Positions 1-9,199 of a DNA stretch of 64,000 nucleotides are shown one piece after another (position 1 is the stretch's first letter; each line of letters opens with the position of its first letter). Source of the stretch: Minisyncoccota bacterium (lineage in GTDB: Bacteria > Patescibacteriota > Minisyncoccia > Phycocordibacterales > UBA2100); NCBI GenBank assembly GCA_022842645.1, contig JALHPE010000001.1, forward strand, positions 71,711-135,710. The letters run 5' to 3'. The translations under genes were made by a program, and so were the position numbers. Under the pieces are notes generated by a model. That model was not told the origin of the DNA. It made no database searches and worked only from the letters and a program-made list of their open reading frames with translations.

Positions 1-187
1 CAGAATCTTTACGCTCTCCCCCATTGTCGTCCACAACCGCATTCGTACCTATGACGCTTGGTGCAGGGGCGCTGTTTTCCACTGTAGGGGGTGTTGTGCT
101 AACCACTTCATCCGCGCCGTTTTGCCACCATACAAAACTACCCACAACAACAATGAGTATCGCGCCAATAACAGTAGAGACGTTCAT
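1..187 (-). CDS. Hypothetical membrane-anchored or secreted protein, N-terminal fragment (gene runs off the window start)
   Basis: ATG at 185-187 on the minus strand; translation MNVSTVIGAILIVVVGSFVWWQNGADEVVSTTPPTVENSAPAPS gives a hydrophobic N-terminal segment. Not in the ORF track because it is partial. Confidence 0.4.
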   Translation of the reverse strand, partial: MNVSTVIGAILIVVVGSFVWWQNGADEVVSTTPPTVENSAPAPSVIGTNAVVDDNGGERKDS

Positions 188-203
188 GAAAAACACTATA
201 GCA

Positions 204-779
204 CTACCGAAATACCCCACCAAGAGATGCGACAAGGAGAATGCCGAGGAAATTCATGCTGTATGAGATGGGAATGAACACTTTCAAATTCATGTGTGAA
301 AGCCCCATAAGAGCGAGACCGAGTTCATCCGGTAATGGTGACGCGATAATGAGCGCGCCAAAAAGTGGCAAAAGCCAATGTAAGAATGGGTGGCGAAAAA
401 ATGCCCGCAATTGCCGACGTTGTGACTCTTTGAGAAAAAGTGTCGTCCGATCTTTCACCGCCTCGCGCACAAAGAGAAAAAGAAATAGATCTCCTATGAC
501 CGCGCCCGCTGCTCCGACGGCGGCAATGACGAAAGGGTTAAACACTTGGGTAATTTCAAAGAAGACCACTGTTGCCGGAATGACTGACAAGAGGGATGTG
601 AAGAAGACCCCTGCGATAAAACTTGCAGGAAGTGCGCGCGCAAGCGAATCCCCCACCCACGCATTAATTGCTCCTGTTATTAAAAGCTCGTATGCAACAT
701 AGAGGGAAATAACAACCAAGAATGTTGCGCGGGCACGATGCAATCGTGCCCGATGTTCTTCTGCACGAGCGCGACTCAT
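204..779 (-). CDS. Polytopic integral membrane protein of unknown family
   Basis: Several hydrophobic helices. The ATG at 777-779 overlaps the uppP stop as ATGA, suggesting translational coupling. The track's longer GTG-initiated form is probably an over-extension. Confidence 0.5.
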   Translation of the reverse strand: MSRARAEEHRARLHRARATFLVVISLYVAYELLITGAINAWVGDSLARALPASFIAGVFFTSLLSVIPATVVFFEITQVFNPFVIAAVGAAGAVIGDLFLFLFVREAVKDRTTLFLKESQRRQLRAFFRHPFLHWLLPLFGALIIASPLPDELGLALMGLSHMNLKVFIPISYSMNFLGILLVASLGGVFR

Positions 780-1552
780 ATGAGAAAGAAGAATATAAAT
801 GCTGCAAGAACAATCCGATACCACCCAAACCACTCAAACGAATGAGTGCTCACAAAGTGAATCAGTGCACGAGCACTTACATACGCAGCACAGAACGCAG
901 CAACAAATCCAAGCATGAGCACGTGCCAGTCCCCAAACGCAAACGAAGAGCCTGTACGCAGAAGATCGTACCCCGTTGCCGCGAGCATCGTCGGAATTGC
1001 GAGTAAGAATGAAAACCGCGCAATCTCAACTCGCGGAAGTCCAAGCGCAAGTCCGCCAAGAATCGTTGCGCCGGCACGTGATACCCCCGGCACAACCGCG
1101 AGCGATTGTGCGCACCCTATAACCAACGCTTTTCTGAGCGACATATGCTCGGCACGTATGTCCTGCGTGGGTATAAACCCCCTCTTTCGCGCACGCTCGA
1201 AAAGAATAAATACCACACCACCAAGAAAGAGTGCCCACGCGATGATGGTCATACTCTCAAGAAAGACCTCTTTAATAACTGAATAGAGTGCAAAACCAAC
1301 GAGTGCCGCGGGGAGGAATGCAATCAGGACGCGAAGCACGAGGCCGTGATCAGAAATAAGTGTCTTTCTATAAAGAAAAAGCAGGCTTGCAATTGCTCCA
1401 AGCTGAATTGCGATAATAAAGCTGGTCAAAAAAGTGTCTGAAGGTATATCGAGGAGGTGCGCACCAATGACGAGGTGCGCAGTAGAAGAAACAGGAAGAA
1501 ATTCGGTAAATCCTTCAAGAAGACCGAGGATGATTGCGTGGAACGGACTCAC
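776..1552 (-). CDS. uppP: Undecaprenyl-diphosphatase (UppP/BacA)
   Basis: N-terminal motif HAIILGLLEGFTEFLPVSSTAHL matches the UppP signature. The likely start is GTG at 1550-1552, downstream of an AAAGGAGG Shine-Dalgarno. The track's TTG start at 1615 adds a non-conserved basic extension. Confidence 0.85.
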   Translation of the reverse strand: MSPFHAIILGLLEGFTEFLPVSSTAHLVIGAHLLDIPSDTFLTSFIIAIQLGAIASLLFLYRKTLISDHGLVLRVLIAFLPAALVGFALYSVIKEVFLESMTIIAWALFLGGVVFILFERARKRGFIPTQDIRAEHMSLRKALVIGCAQSLAVVPGVSRAGATILGGLALGLPRVEIARFSFLLAIPTMLAATGYDLLRTGSSFAFGDWHVLMLGFVAAFCAAYVSARALIHFVSTHSFEWFGWYRIVLAAFIFFFLI

Positions 1553-1646
1553 AGCGTGTATTGTACCTCCTTTCTGCAAATTTTTATGCTTTTTTCTTTT
1601 ATATATGGAGTGCAAATGTCTCCGAACCTGTTAGTATCAATATATT

Positions 1647-2360
1647 ATGAAAAGCGAGGGCTTTAAAAAAGTGAACTCAACGAGCGATATGCCCAGCTTG
1701 CCCTCTCTTTCAATCGAAGAAATGCTGGAGGTTTCTAAAATCGATCCTTTACTATTTGAAGAGATTTCAAAAAAGGCAGGGCACGAGAAGCCTGAGACGT
1801 TTCTGGAGGTGTTACGGAAAGCTCAAAAACATAAGGAAACCAGTCCGGGCAAGATCACATTTGATTCCTATAGCATAAAGAGATACGCAATGGAACCCGA
1901 TCCGGCCTTTGATCAATACTATATAGATCTTGAAATTCGTATAAACCGGTACATAAACACAGCGAAAGGAAGTACCCCGCGCACGTATGAAAAAATCATT
2001 GCACGCGTCCAAGATGCATATCGTCAACTTTACGACCGTGAAAAACACAAAATGATTTATGAACGAGTGAAGAAAGGAGTCGACTTGGTAACGGCGTATA
2101 ATGAAGTTGAGATGATTTTCAAAAAACGTTCTGAACAGAACATGACACAGTCGGATTTGCCATATGCCTTTCGCGAGGCAGAAAGCAAGGCGATGCTTGG
2201 TATATACGCAAAAGGTATTGGTGAGGTAGATATGGCAAGCGACATACTTGGACCATCATTGAAATTCGGTGAGTTGGGAATACAAAATAAAAGAGGGGGC
2301 CTTTCGGGTGGCAGAACGTATTGGCCTCGCGGAAAACCCGACACAAGCATTGATGAATAA
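1647..2360 (+). CDS. Hypothetical soluble protein
   Basis: 237-aa ORF with ATG start, no transmembrane segment and no recognisable motif. Confidence 0.45.
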   Translation: MKSEGFKKVNSTSDMPSLPSLSIEEMLEVSKIDPLLFEEISKKAGHEKPETFLEVLRKAQKHKETSPGKITFDSYSIKRYAMEPDPAFDQYYIDLEIRINRYINTAKGSTPRTYEKIIARVQDAYRQLYDREKHKMIYERVKKGVDLVTAYNEVEMIFKKRSEQNMTQSDLPYAFREAESKAMLGIYAKGIGEVDMASDILGPSLKFGELGIQNKRGGLSGGRTYWPRGKPDTSIDE

Positions 2361-2464
2361 ATATTTTTCTGTTGGACATTTCCCTGTTCGCGAGACATAA
2401 ACGCTTCACTGGAGCGTTCGTGTCTGTCTAAGAGCGAAACATGATTCGCGCACGAGGCTGGTAC

Positions 2465-2854
2465 CTACCAGAAACCGAAACCTTTGCCTGCAAGATATGC
2501 ACCCATCACAACTGCGAGCATACCGCCCGAGGTGTACCACGCTGGGGTATTGAACTGCTTTACAAGCTTTACCACCTTCGTATACGGCGCTGCGAGATAG
2601 AAAATTGCCTCAACAACAATCCACACGCCAATGAGCGTAATGACGCCACGCCAATCAGGTGTCCATACCCAGTGCGCAAGAACCAAGGAAAGTCCGGCAA
2701 ACAACTGACAGATCGCAACGATCATCAAAAGCCCCTTGTCTCCGAGCACATCCATGATGATGTGCATGTAAGACTTTTGACGCATCATAATGATGCCGCC
2801 TGCAATTAAAAAGTACAAACCGAATAATTGAGCTAAAAATATGGAGAGTTCCAT
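2465..2854 (-). CDS. Small integral membrane protein (4 predicted helices)
   Basis: 129-aa hydrophobic ORF with no recognisable motif. Confidence 0.45.
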   Translation of the reverse strand: MELSIFLAQLFGLYFLIAGGIIMMRQKSYMHIIMDVLGDKGLLMIVAICQLFAGLSLVLAHWVWTPDWRGVITLIGVWIVVEAIFYLAAPYTKVVKLVKQFNTPAWYTSGGMLAVVMGAYLAGKGFGFW

Positions 2855-3110
2855 GGCGCATTGGTGTTCCCTAAATAATAGTTTTATTGTAGCGCCTTTT
2901 TGAGAGGAGCAATCCCGAGAAATGCAACGACGGGGATAACTCCCACAGCAATCGCATCAATCGTACATCAATCAACTTTCGAGAGACATAGAAAGAAAAG
3001 CGAGAAGAGAATAAAAAGAGTACATAGACAACTACCCCATGTGTGCGAGAAAAACTCCGCGCAGAACGAGAAAGCTCAGCACCACTGCGACACTCTAAAG
3101 AATTCCCATA

Positions 3111-4178
3111 TCAACCAAATGTAAATGTAAATGCTTGTAAGCCTTTGCCGCGAACGCGTAGTTCAAGCGTATGCTCTTCCCCGCCCGGATTTCGTATGAG
3201 GTGGTAGAGATCCTCCTCTTGAATACGCACAACTCCCTCTTCGGAAACATCTGCGCCGCGGGCGGTGCGGAGCAGTACTCCATCCTGCCACACCTCAATT
3301 TCCACACCTTTCTGCGCACTTGCGACCATAAATACATCCTTCGCACGATAGCGGAAAATAATGCGCGCATCCTCGGACAGAGATTCCGCGTATTCGGGCT
3401 CTATATTCCATGTGCCCGTCAAATAGAGTGCATTTGCAACCGGCATCGTTGGCTCTTCAAATGATTGTGTTCCCGAGACCAGCCGTTTTGCTCCTGCCAA
3501 ACGCTCATTGCGCGCCGAGCCAAAATAGATCTCAGGACTTTGCGCGAAACGCTCTCCTTCAGGAATACCCTCTGCCGCAAGCGCTCCTGTTTCTGGCGCT
3601 CGCTCACCGAGTTTTTCAGCTCGCTCTCTAAGAGCGGCGCGAATCTTTTCTTCCGTCTCTTCGTACGCCCCTTCACCAATGTGATCATAAATAATATTCC
3701 CCTCGATATCGATGAGGTATTTGCGTGGCCAGTAGTTATTGCCGTAGGCACGCCAGGTTGCATAGTCGTTGTCCAAAACGACCGGAAACTCAATGTCGTA
3801 TTTTTTGAGGGCAGCGCGCACATTCTCGATATCTTTCTCAAACGCAAACTCGGGCGTGTGAATACCCACAATCTCGAGTCCTTCTCCTTGGTATTTTTCA
3901 TACCACGCATTGAGATATGGAAACGTGCGAATGCAATTGATGCAAGAATACGTCACGAAATCGACAAGGATAACCTTCTTCCCCACCAGCTCTCCAAGAG
4001 TAAAAGGTTCGGCATTAAGAAAGCCTGCAGGGCTCGCAATTTCTGCATACCGTTTTTCAGAGAATCCGAACGTTGGACGCGCAGTCTCGGGCATCTCCGG
4101 ATTCTGCAGAATGATGAACGCCGATGCGAGCACGCCCGTTGTTATGATGCCGCCTAAAAGCACGATCGGATTCTTCAT
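3111..4178 (-). CDS. Membrane-anchored TlpA/ResA-like thioredoxin-fold redoxin with a DipZ-type C-terminal domain
   Basis: N-terminal anchor, then CxxC motif (YSCINC) in a redoxin/AhpC-TSA-like fold, then a C-terminal beta-rich domain resembling the C-terminus of mycobacterial DipZ. The ATG at 4176-4178 overlaps the CcdA stop as ATGA. Confidence 0.75.
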   Translation of the reverse strand: MKNPIVLLGGIITTGVLASAFIILQNPEMPETARPTFGFSEKRYAEIASPAGFLNAEPFTLGELVGKKVILVDFVTYSCINCIRTFPYLNAWYEKYQGEGLEIVGIHTPEFAFEKDIENVRAALKKYDIEFPVVLDNDYATWRAYGNNYWPRKYLIDIEGNIIYDHIGEGAYEETEEKIRAALRERAEKLGERAPETGALAAEGIPEGERFAQSPEIYFGSARNERLAGAKRLVSGTQSFEEPTMPVANALYLTGTWNIEPEYAESLSEDARIIFRYRAKDVFMVASAQKGVEIEVWQDGVLLRTARGADVSEEGVVRIQEEDLYHLIRNPGGEEHTLELRVRGKGLQAFTFTFG

Positions 4179-4900
4179 AGCACGCGCTCGAGAATGCTTT
4201 GTTCAAACTTCACCACATCCACAAATCCGCTCTCGAGAAGCCACACTTCAAAGCGTTTTTCATACCCGCTCACAATAAGAAGCCCGAGCACAAGGAAAAG
4301 AATACCGATTGTGCGCTTGAACCATCCATGAGAATCAGCAACGCGCGTGAGACGATCTGCAAACCGCTGCCCTAAAAGTGCGATGAGGAGTAACACCAAT
4401 GAAAGACCCCCAGCATACGCAACAAGGTAGAGTGTGCCAAGCGCAAAACTTGCCGGAAGCACCGAGGCAAGGATTACGAAGTAGGTGGGTGAGCATGAAG
4501 AAAACACGGGGCCAAGCGCCGCGCCGATAAGTACATCACCCCAGAAACTTTTCTTTTGGTATCCAGAACCCACGAGTTTATTCGAATCGCGCGAGAGACG
4601 GTTTATTCCTGGAATACGCTCCCACAATCCTGGGAACATAAGGACGAGGCCAAAAAGAATGAGAATACCCCCTGAAAGCCCTGTCCAGAATGCTTGCGGC
4701 ACCATGATGAGCGCCGTTGAGAATTTGAGGAGAAAGGTGAAGAGAATGATTGAGAGTGCAAGCGACCCAACTACAATGTAGGGTGTTGCCCGACTCCTTC
4801 CCGTCGCCGAAGAGCCAAGAACAACGGGAAGAAGTGGGAGTATGCAGGGCGCCAAGACCGTGAGCACGCCCGCGAGGAACGAGACCGCAAGAAGCGTCAT
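4175..4900 (-). CDS. ccdA: Cytochrome c-type biogenesis and thiol-disulfide transfer membrane protein CcdA (DsbD transmembrane domain family)
   Basis: Conserved Cys in LAPCILPLLP and a second Cys in FSSCSPTY, with 6 predicted helices. ATG at 4898-4900. The track's longer form begins at GTG 4942. Confidence 0.8.
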   Translation of the reverse strand: MTLLAVSFLAGVLTVLAPCILPLLPVVLGSSATGRSRATPYIVVGSLALSIILFTFLLKFSTALIMVPQAFWTGLSGGILILFGLVLMFPGLWERIPGINRLSRDSNKLVGSGYQKKSFWGDVLIGAALGPVFSSCSPTYFVILASVLPASFALGTLYLVAYAGGLSLVLLLIALLGQRFADRLTRVADSHGWFKRTIGILFLVLGLLIVSGYEKRFEVWLLESGFVDVVKFEQSILERVL

Positions 4901-5020
4901 CCCGTTAGAAATAGGACGCGGGCAATTGAAAAATGATCGCACCCTAAGACACTATTGCGAGTAAATTCAACCAAAGGGCTAAGCATATATACGTCCGCGA
5001 TTTCTAACGGGATCATGTGG

Positions 5021-5602
5021 TTATTGTACCTTGCTTAAAAGATCAGAGAGCGCAAGGCCGCCGCTCCACTTAGTGATGAGATTTCCCGAGGCGTCAACCT
5101 GCACAAGCGTGTGCTGATACGTCACACCATATTTCTGCTTGAGCGCAGTTTCAGTGTCATAGTTCACATCAAGAATGGTGACACCTCTCGGAATCTTTGA
5201 CGCATTTGCCTTGATGTCACTGTCGAGCGCACGGCATGTCGGGCACCACGAGGCGCGGAAGAAAAGAATAACATCGCCTTCACTTGCCTTTGCAAGCTTC
5301 GACGCGGCGTATGATTCATACGAACCCTTTTCCATCGCACCCCCTCCATCGACTGGCGGATCCATCATCGCATCATCCTTCATCATCGCGTCTTTTTTCA
5401 TAGCCTCTTGCGTCATTGCATCTTTCTCCATTGCGCCCTCATCTTTCATCATTACCAGATCCTTCTGCATCATCTCGCCTTGTCCCACCTCTTCACCTAT
5501 CACTTCTTTCTGCATCGCATCTTCGTTACCCTGACCTGTAATCAAAACTCCGCCCACAATAAGCGTTAAAACCACAACCCCTCCAATAAGCCACTGCATC
5601 AT
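5021..5602 (-). CDS. Membrane-anchored thioredoxin-like protein with an N-terminal Met/Asp/Lys-rich repeat region
   Basis: N-terminal helix, then repeats of AM-KDAM and MMKDDAMM type, then a thioredoxin fold with WCPTC. ATG verified at 5600-5602. Confidence 0.75.
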   Translation of the reverse strand: MMQWLIGGVVVLTLIVGGVLITGQGNEDAMQKEVIGEEVGQGEMMQKDLVMMKDEGAMEKDAMTQEAMKKDAMMKDDAMMDPPVDGGGAMEKGSYESYAASKLAKASEGDVILFFRASWCPTCRALDSDIKANASKIPRGVTILDVNYDTETALKQKYGVTYQHTLVQVDASGNLITKWSGGLALSDLLSKVQ

Positions 5603-5689
5603 AAAAAATATAGTGATATATACTCGTAATGTATCTAGTGTACTGATGTGCGGGAGAATGTAAAGTAGGCTTTACATTTCTTCTGTGGA

Positions 5690-6049
5690 TTAACGATTCG
5701 TGTCTCCGTACACGCGCGCACCGAGCTTTGCGACCATCATGACAATGAGTGTGAGTGGGATCCAGGGATCAATTGTGTGCTGAAATCCCTGAACAAGAAG
5801 TGCAAGTGTGAGTATGGTAACGCCGGAGAGATATGCGGCACGCCCTGCGAATGCTCGGAGTTGTATTTCACGCTCATCACCTTCCCCCTCTCGCATAACG
5901 AAGGCAACCCACACGAGGAGCAAGGCGGCCGCTATGGTGAGCGACGCCACCTGCACCATGCTCGGCATCCAGTACATAAAAGGATCCACAAGCGTAAAAA
6001 GCACAATCGCAAGAAGCCCGAGGATGATGAACGAGAGTATGTTGGTCAT
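5690..6049 (-). CDS. Small membrane protein cotranscribed with an XRE regulator
   Basis: 119 aa with 3-4 predicted helices. The ATG at 6047-6049 overlaps the upstream HTH gene stop (ATGA). Confidence 0.55.
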   Translation of the reverse strand: MTNILSFIILGLLAIVLFTLVDPFMYWMPSMVQVASLTIAAALLLVWVAFVMREGEGDEREIQLRAFAGRAAYLSGVTILTLALLVQGFQHTIDPWIPLTLIVMMVAKLGARVYGDTNR

Positions 6050-6243
6050 AGTGAAAAAATGTCTTCGACTGGCACCTTAAAGATGCGCGCTATTTTTAAA
6101 GCAAGCAAGACCGAAGGTGTGTAATTCCCCTTCTCGATGGCGATAATCGTCTGGCGAGAGACACCCGCTTTCTCCGCAAGCTCCTCCTGTGTGAGAGCGC
6201 GATTGAGTCGCAATTTTTGGACAGTGTTTCTAATGATTTCCAT
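6046..6243 (-). CDS. XRE-family helix-turn-helix transcriptional regulator
   Basis: LTQEELAEKAGVSRQTIIAIEKGNYTPSVLLALKIARIF is a classic HTH_XRE. The start was moved to ATG 6241-6243 because the track begins at TTG. Confidence 0.75.
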   Translation of the reverse strand: MEIIRNTVQKLRLNRALTQEELAEKAGVSRQTIIAIEKGNYTPSVLLALKIARIFKVPVEDIFSL

Positions 6244-6275
6244 GTACCAAGAGACTACGCGTACAGCGCTGTATG

Positions 6276-7496
6276 TCAACCCTGCTTTACCTCCCCCAGA
6301 GACCGTAGCGCAACAACATACGCCGCATCACGAAGTGTAATGTTTTTCTCGATTGATTCGTTCCACACTTTTGCTGCAGCCATCTCCATTTTTTCTTTGA
6401 GTCGCGCCAGGACGTCGTCTTTTGCCCATCGCTCACCCGCACGGTTCTGTTCCCATTCGAAATATGAAACAGCAACACCACCTGCGTTTGCGAGAATGTC
6501 GGGGATGACAACAATGCCCCTTTCTTTGAGAACGTCATCGGCTTCGATTGTTGTGGGGCCATTGGCGAGTTCGAGAATAACTTTTGCCTGCACGTGCGAT
6601 GCATTTTCCTTCGTGATCGCGTTTTCGAGCGCGGCGGGAACAAGAATATCAACCGGAAGCGCGAGAATTTCCTCGTTTGAAATATCTGTGCCCGCACAGC
6701 CCAATAGCGTGCCTGTTCCTTTTTTATATGTTTCTGCCGCAGAAACATCAATGCCCTCTGGTGCATAGATACCGCCCTTCGAATCAGAAAGCGCAACAAT
6801 CTTGAATCCGCGACTTGCCGCATAATGCGCAAAATATAGACCGACATTTCCAAAACCCTGAATCGCTACTGTTCCTGTTTCTTTTCCCAGCTTCACAAGA
6901 ATCGCCTCGAGTGCATAGCCGCCGCCGTAGCCTGTCGCTTCTGTGCGTCCTTCGGAACCACCGTGTTCGACTGGCTTTCCTGTCACAACGGCAGGCGCGT
7001 CTTCGCCAACATGTTTTGAATATTCGTCCGCGATCCAGTGCATCATTTGTGCAGTGGAGCCGACATCGGGCGCCGGCACGTCTTTCTCGGGTCCGATCAC
7101 ATGTGCGAGCTCCCGTGCAAAGTTGCGCGTAAGGCGTTCGAGCTCCCCTCCAGAGAGTTCCTTCGGATCAACCTCAATGCCGCCTTTTCCCCCGCCAAAT
7201 GGCACGCCAATGACGGCATTCTTCATGGTCATCCAAAATGCGAGTGCTTTTGCTTCGTCGAGATCAACTTGTGGATGAAATCGTAAGCCCCCTTTGTAGG
7301 GACCGCGCATGTTGTTGTGCTGCACGCGGTAGCCGCGGAAGGTCTTTGTTTCGCCGCTATCCATGGTGACGGGCACGTTTACCTCAACAACGTTGTCAGG
7401 CTCTTTGAGGCGGTGGTGGAGATCCGGGTGAGTATCAGTAAGTTCGAGGGTCTTTTGAAGCTGGGACAATGCGCGTTGCCAGGGATTATTGGACAT
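6276..7496 (-). CDS. gdhA: NAD(P)-specific glutamate dehydrogenase
   Basis: KGGLRFHPQVDLDEAKALAFWMTMKNAVIGVPFGGGKGGI is the Glu/Leu/Phe/Val dehydrogenase signature. ATG verified at 7494-7496. Confidence 0.9.
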   Translation of the reverse strand: MSNNPWQRALSQLQKTLELTDTHPDLHHRLKEPDNVVEVNVPVTMDSGETKTFRGYRVQHNNMRGPYKGGLRFHPQVDLDEAKALAFWMTMKNAVIGVPFGGGKGGIEVDPKELSGGELERLTRNFARELAHVIGPEKDVPAPDVGSTAQMMHWIADEYSKHVGEDAPAVVTGKPVEHGGSEGRTEATGYGGGYALEAILVKLGKETGTVAIQGFGNVGLYFAHYAASRGFKIVALSDSKGGIYAPEGIDVSAAETYKKGTGTLLGCAGTDISNEEILALPVDILVPAALENAITKENASHVQAKVILELANGPTTIEADDVLKERGIVVIPDILANAGGVAVSYFEWEQNRAGERWAKDDVLARLKEKMEMAAAKVWNESIEKNITLRDAAYVVALRSLGEVKQG

Positions 7497-7505
7497 TCGA
7501 CCATT

Positions 7506-8678
7506 CTACTCCTCACGCGGAATTATGCGAAAGACACGGTCGTCGTTTCGAGCGGCGGAGCCGCGGCCGTCGCGGTTCGAGGTGGTGAAGTATATGAAGC
7601 CGTCTCGGCCTTCTGTTACTTCGCGGATGCGACCATATTCTCCATCAAAAAGTTTTTCTTGTCCGCGCACACTATCTGGATTACTCGGATCAAACTGCAC
7701 ACGCCACAATCCCTCTCCCCGCAATGCGCCGAAAAAAAGATTGTTTTTGAATTGCGGGAATACTTTCCCAGAATACACGAGTGCCGAAGCCGGTGCTTCT
7801 GCAGGAGTATAGAGTGCTATTGACGCGATGGTACCCTCGCGTGTTTTTTCGTGCGAAACCAAGGGCCAGCCGTAATTCCCTCCTTTCACAATGCGATTCA
7901 CTTCATCTCCGCCACCTGCCCCGTCGAATCCGGAGGGACCATGTTCAGTTGAATAAAGGTTCCCTTCTCCATCCCACGAAATACCTTGTGGATTACGATG
8001 GCCATAACTCCAGATTGGCGAACCGGAAAATGGATTATCGCTCGGAACAGAACCGTCGTCGTTTATGCGGAGAATCTTTCCGGCGAGCGAATCCATATCC
8101 TGCGCAAGATCGCGATCAATCGCGTCACCTGTTGTGATATAGAGCTTCCCATCAGGACCAAATGAAAGCTCGCACCCGGCGTGATACTGCGCAGCGGGAA
8201 TGTTGTCGATGATCGTCGTTATATTTTCCGCACTTTCGCCCGCGTCGGTAAAGCGCACAATTTTTACAAACATATCTCCCGAGCGTTCGTATGCATAGGA
8301 GGCATAGACAAATTTGTTCTGTGCGTAGTTCGGGTGGAGCGCGAGTGACATTAAACCCTCTTCCCCGCCAGTCGAGACTTCAGGAAAAATGTGGAGCGGC
8401 TTAGCCGCAATCCGCCAGCCGGCGGAGCCATTTTCAACCATGCGAATACGCCCCGGTCGTTCGCTCACAAGCATGCGCGAATCCGAGGTAAACACAATCC
8501 CCCACGGCACTTCAAGTCCGCCCACCACTTCTTCAACTGTGTATGCAACTTCACGTTCTCCCATTGGCTCTATCGTAGCAGTTTTGTTTTGATAGAAAGG
8601 TGGAAGTTTTAACCAGTACACACTCGCCGAGAAAAGAATCGCAGCGGCAAACATCAAAACGAGTAGTGCGCGAATCAT
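7506..8678 (-). CDS. PQQ-dependent soluble sugar (aldose/sorbosone) dehydrogenase with N-terminal anchor
   Basis: Beta-propeller GSDH-family motifs including GGNYGWP. ATG at 8676-8678 precedes a hydrophobic anchor MIRALLVLMFAAAILF. The track's 467-aa form starts upstream at an alternative codon. Confidence 0.8.
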   Translation of the reverse strand: MIRALLVLMFAAAILFSASVYWLKLPPFYQNKTATIEPMGEREVAYTVEEVVGGLEVPWGIVFTSDSRMLVSERPGRIRMVENGSAGWRIAAKPLHIFPEVSTGGEEGLMSLALHPNYAQNKFVYASYAYERSGDMFVKIVRFTDAGESAENITTIIDNIPAAQYHAGCELSFGPDGKLYITTGDAIDRDLAQDMDSLAGKILRINDDGSVPSDNPFSGSPIWSYGHRNPQGISWDGEGNLYSTEHGPSGFDGAGGGDEVNRIVKGGNYGWPLVSHEKTREGTIASIALYTPAEAPASALVYSGKVFPQFKNNLFFGALRGEGLWRVQFDPSNPDSVRGQEKLFDGEYGRIREVTEGRDGFIYFTTSNRDGRGSAARNDDRVFRIIPREE

Positions 8679-9199
8679 TGAAACGTTGCGGAAGCAACGA
8701 CCTGCGCAAAATGCGTACGAATTGGGTCTTCGGGTGAGAGATGAGTGACTGAGAACGCATATATCTTGTCGCCGCGCGCCTGTGCAATCGTAGTGCCGGG
8801 ATAGAGGCCGTCCCACGCGAACGCGAGTGCTGACTCTGTTCCCACGAGCACCTCGGCTGGCGTACCGCCAGAAAGGCGAAAATTCGAGAGCGGCGACGAA
8901 CGGATCCATTCTTCCGTCGTTTGGTTCTGAGGATTGGGAATGACCTCCACGGTAATTGAGGTTGGTCCCTCACCCGCCTCGGGGAGTGGTAAATCTTTTT
9001 TGTTGATTAACGTGATGGTGTGGGTGCCCGCTTCGTCTCGCTCGCTCAACTCGTAGCCATCGGGATAGGAAAAAGAAATGCCGTGCACGTCCGAAGAATA
9101 CGTGTTCCCCGTTTGCACCGGTGCCTCAGCCGAACCCCACAAAAACCACCAGAGACCGAGCGCAGCCGCGACTACAAGAATGACCGCGGAATACTTCAT
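8675..9199 (-). CDS. Hypothetical secreted or anchored protein
   Basis: ATG at 9197-9199, signal-anchor MKYSAVILVVAAALGLWWFLWG, and a 4-nt ATGA overlap with the downstream dehydrogenase gene. Confidence 0.55.
   Translation of the reverse strand: MKYSAVILVVAAALGLWWFLWGSAEAPVQTGNTYSSDVHGISFSYPDGYELSERDEAGTHTITLINKKDLPLPEAGEGPTSITVEVIPNPQNQTTEEWIRSSPLSNFRLSGGTPAEVLVGTESALAFAWDGLYPGTTIAQARGDKIYAFSVTHLSPEDPIRTHFAQVVASATFQ

Noticed and set aside
24-702. Plus-strand ORFs 24-266 and 241-702
   Set aside because: Opposite the minus-strand membrane protein and the partial N-terminal gene. The minus-strand genes have the ATGA coupling and hydrophobic periodicity expected of real genes.
6137-7286. Multiple 60-190-aa ORFs on both strands within 6.1-7.3 kb (for example 6217-6768 plus strand, 6287-6853 minus strand, 6815-7132 plus strand)
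   Set aside because: All are embedded in, or antisense to, the gdhA coding region, which carries the unmistakable Glu dehydrogenase signature. These are GC-rich frame shadows.
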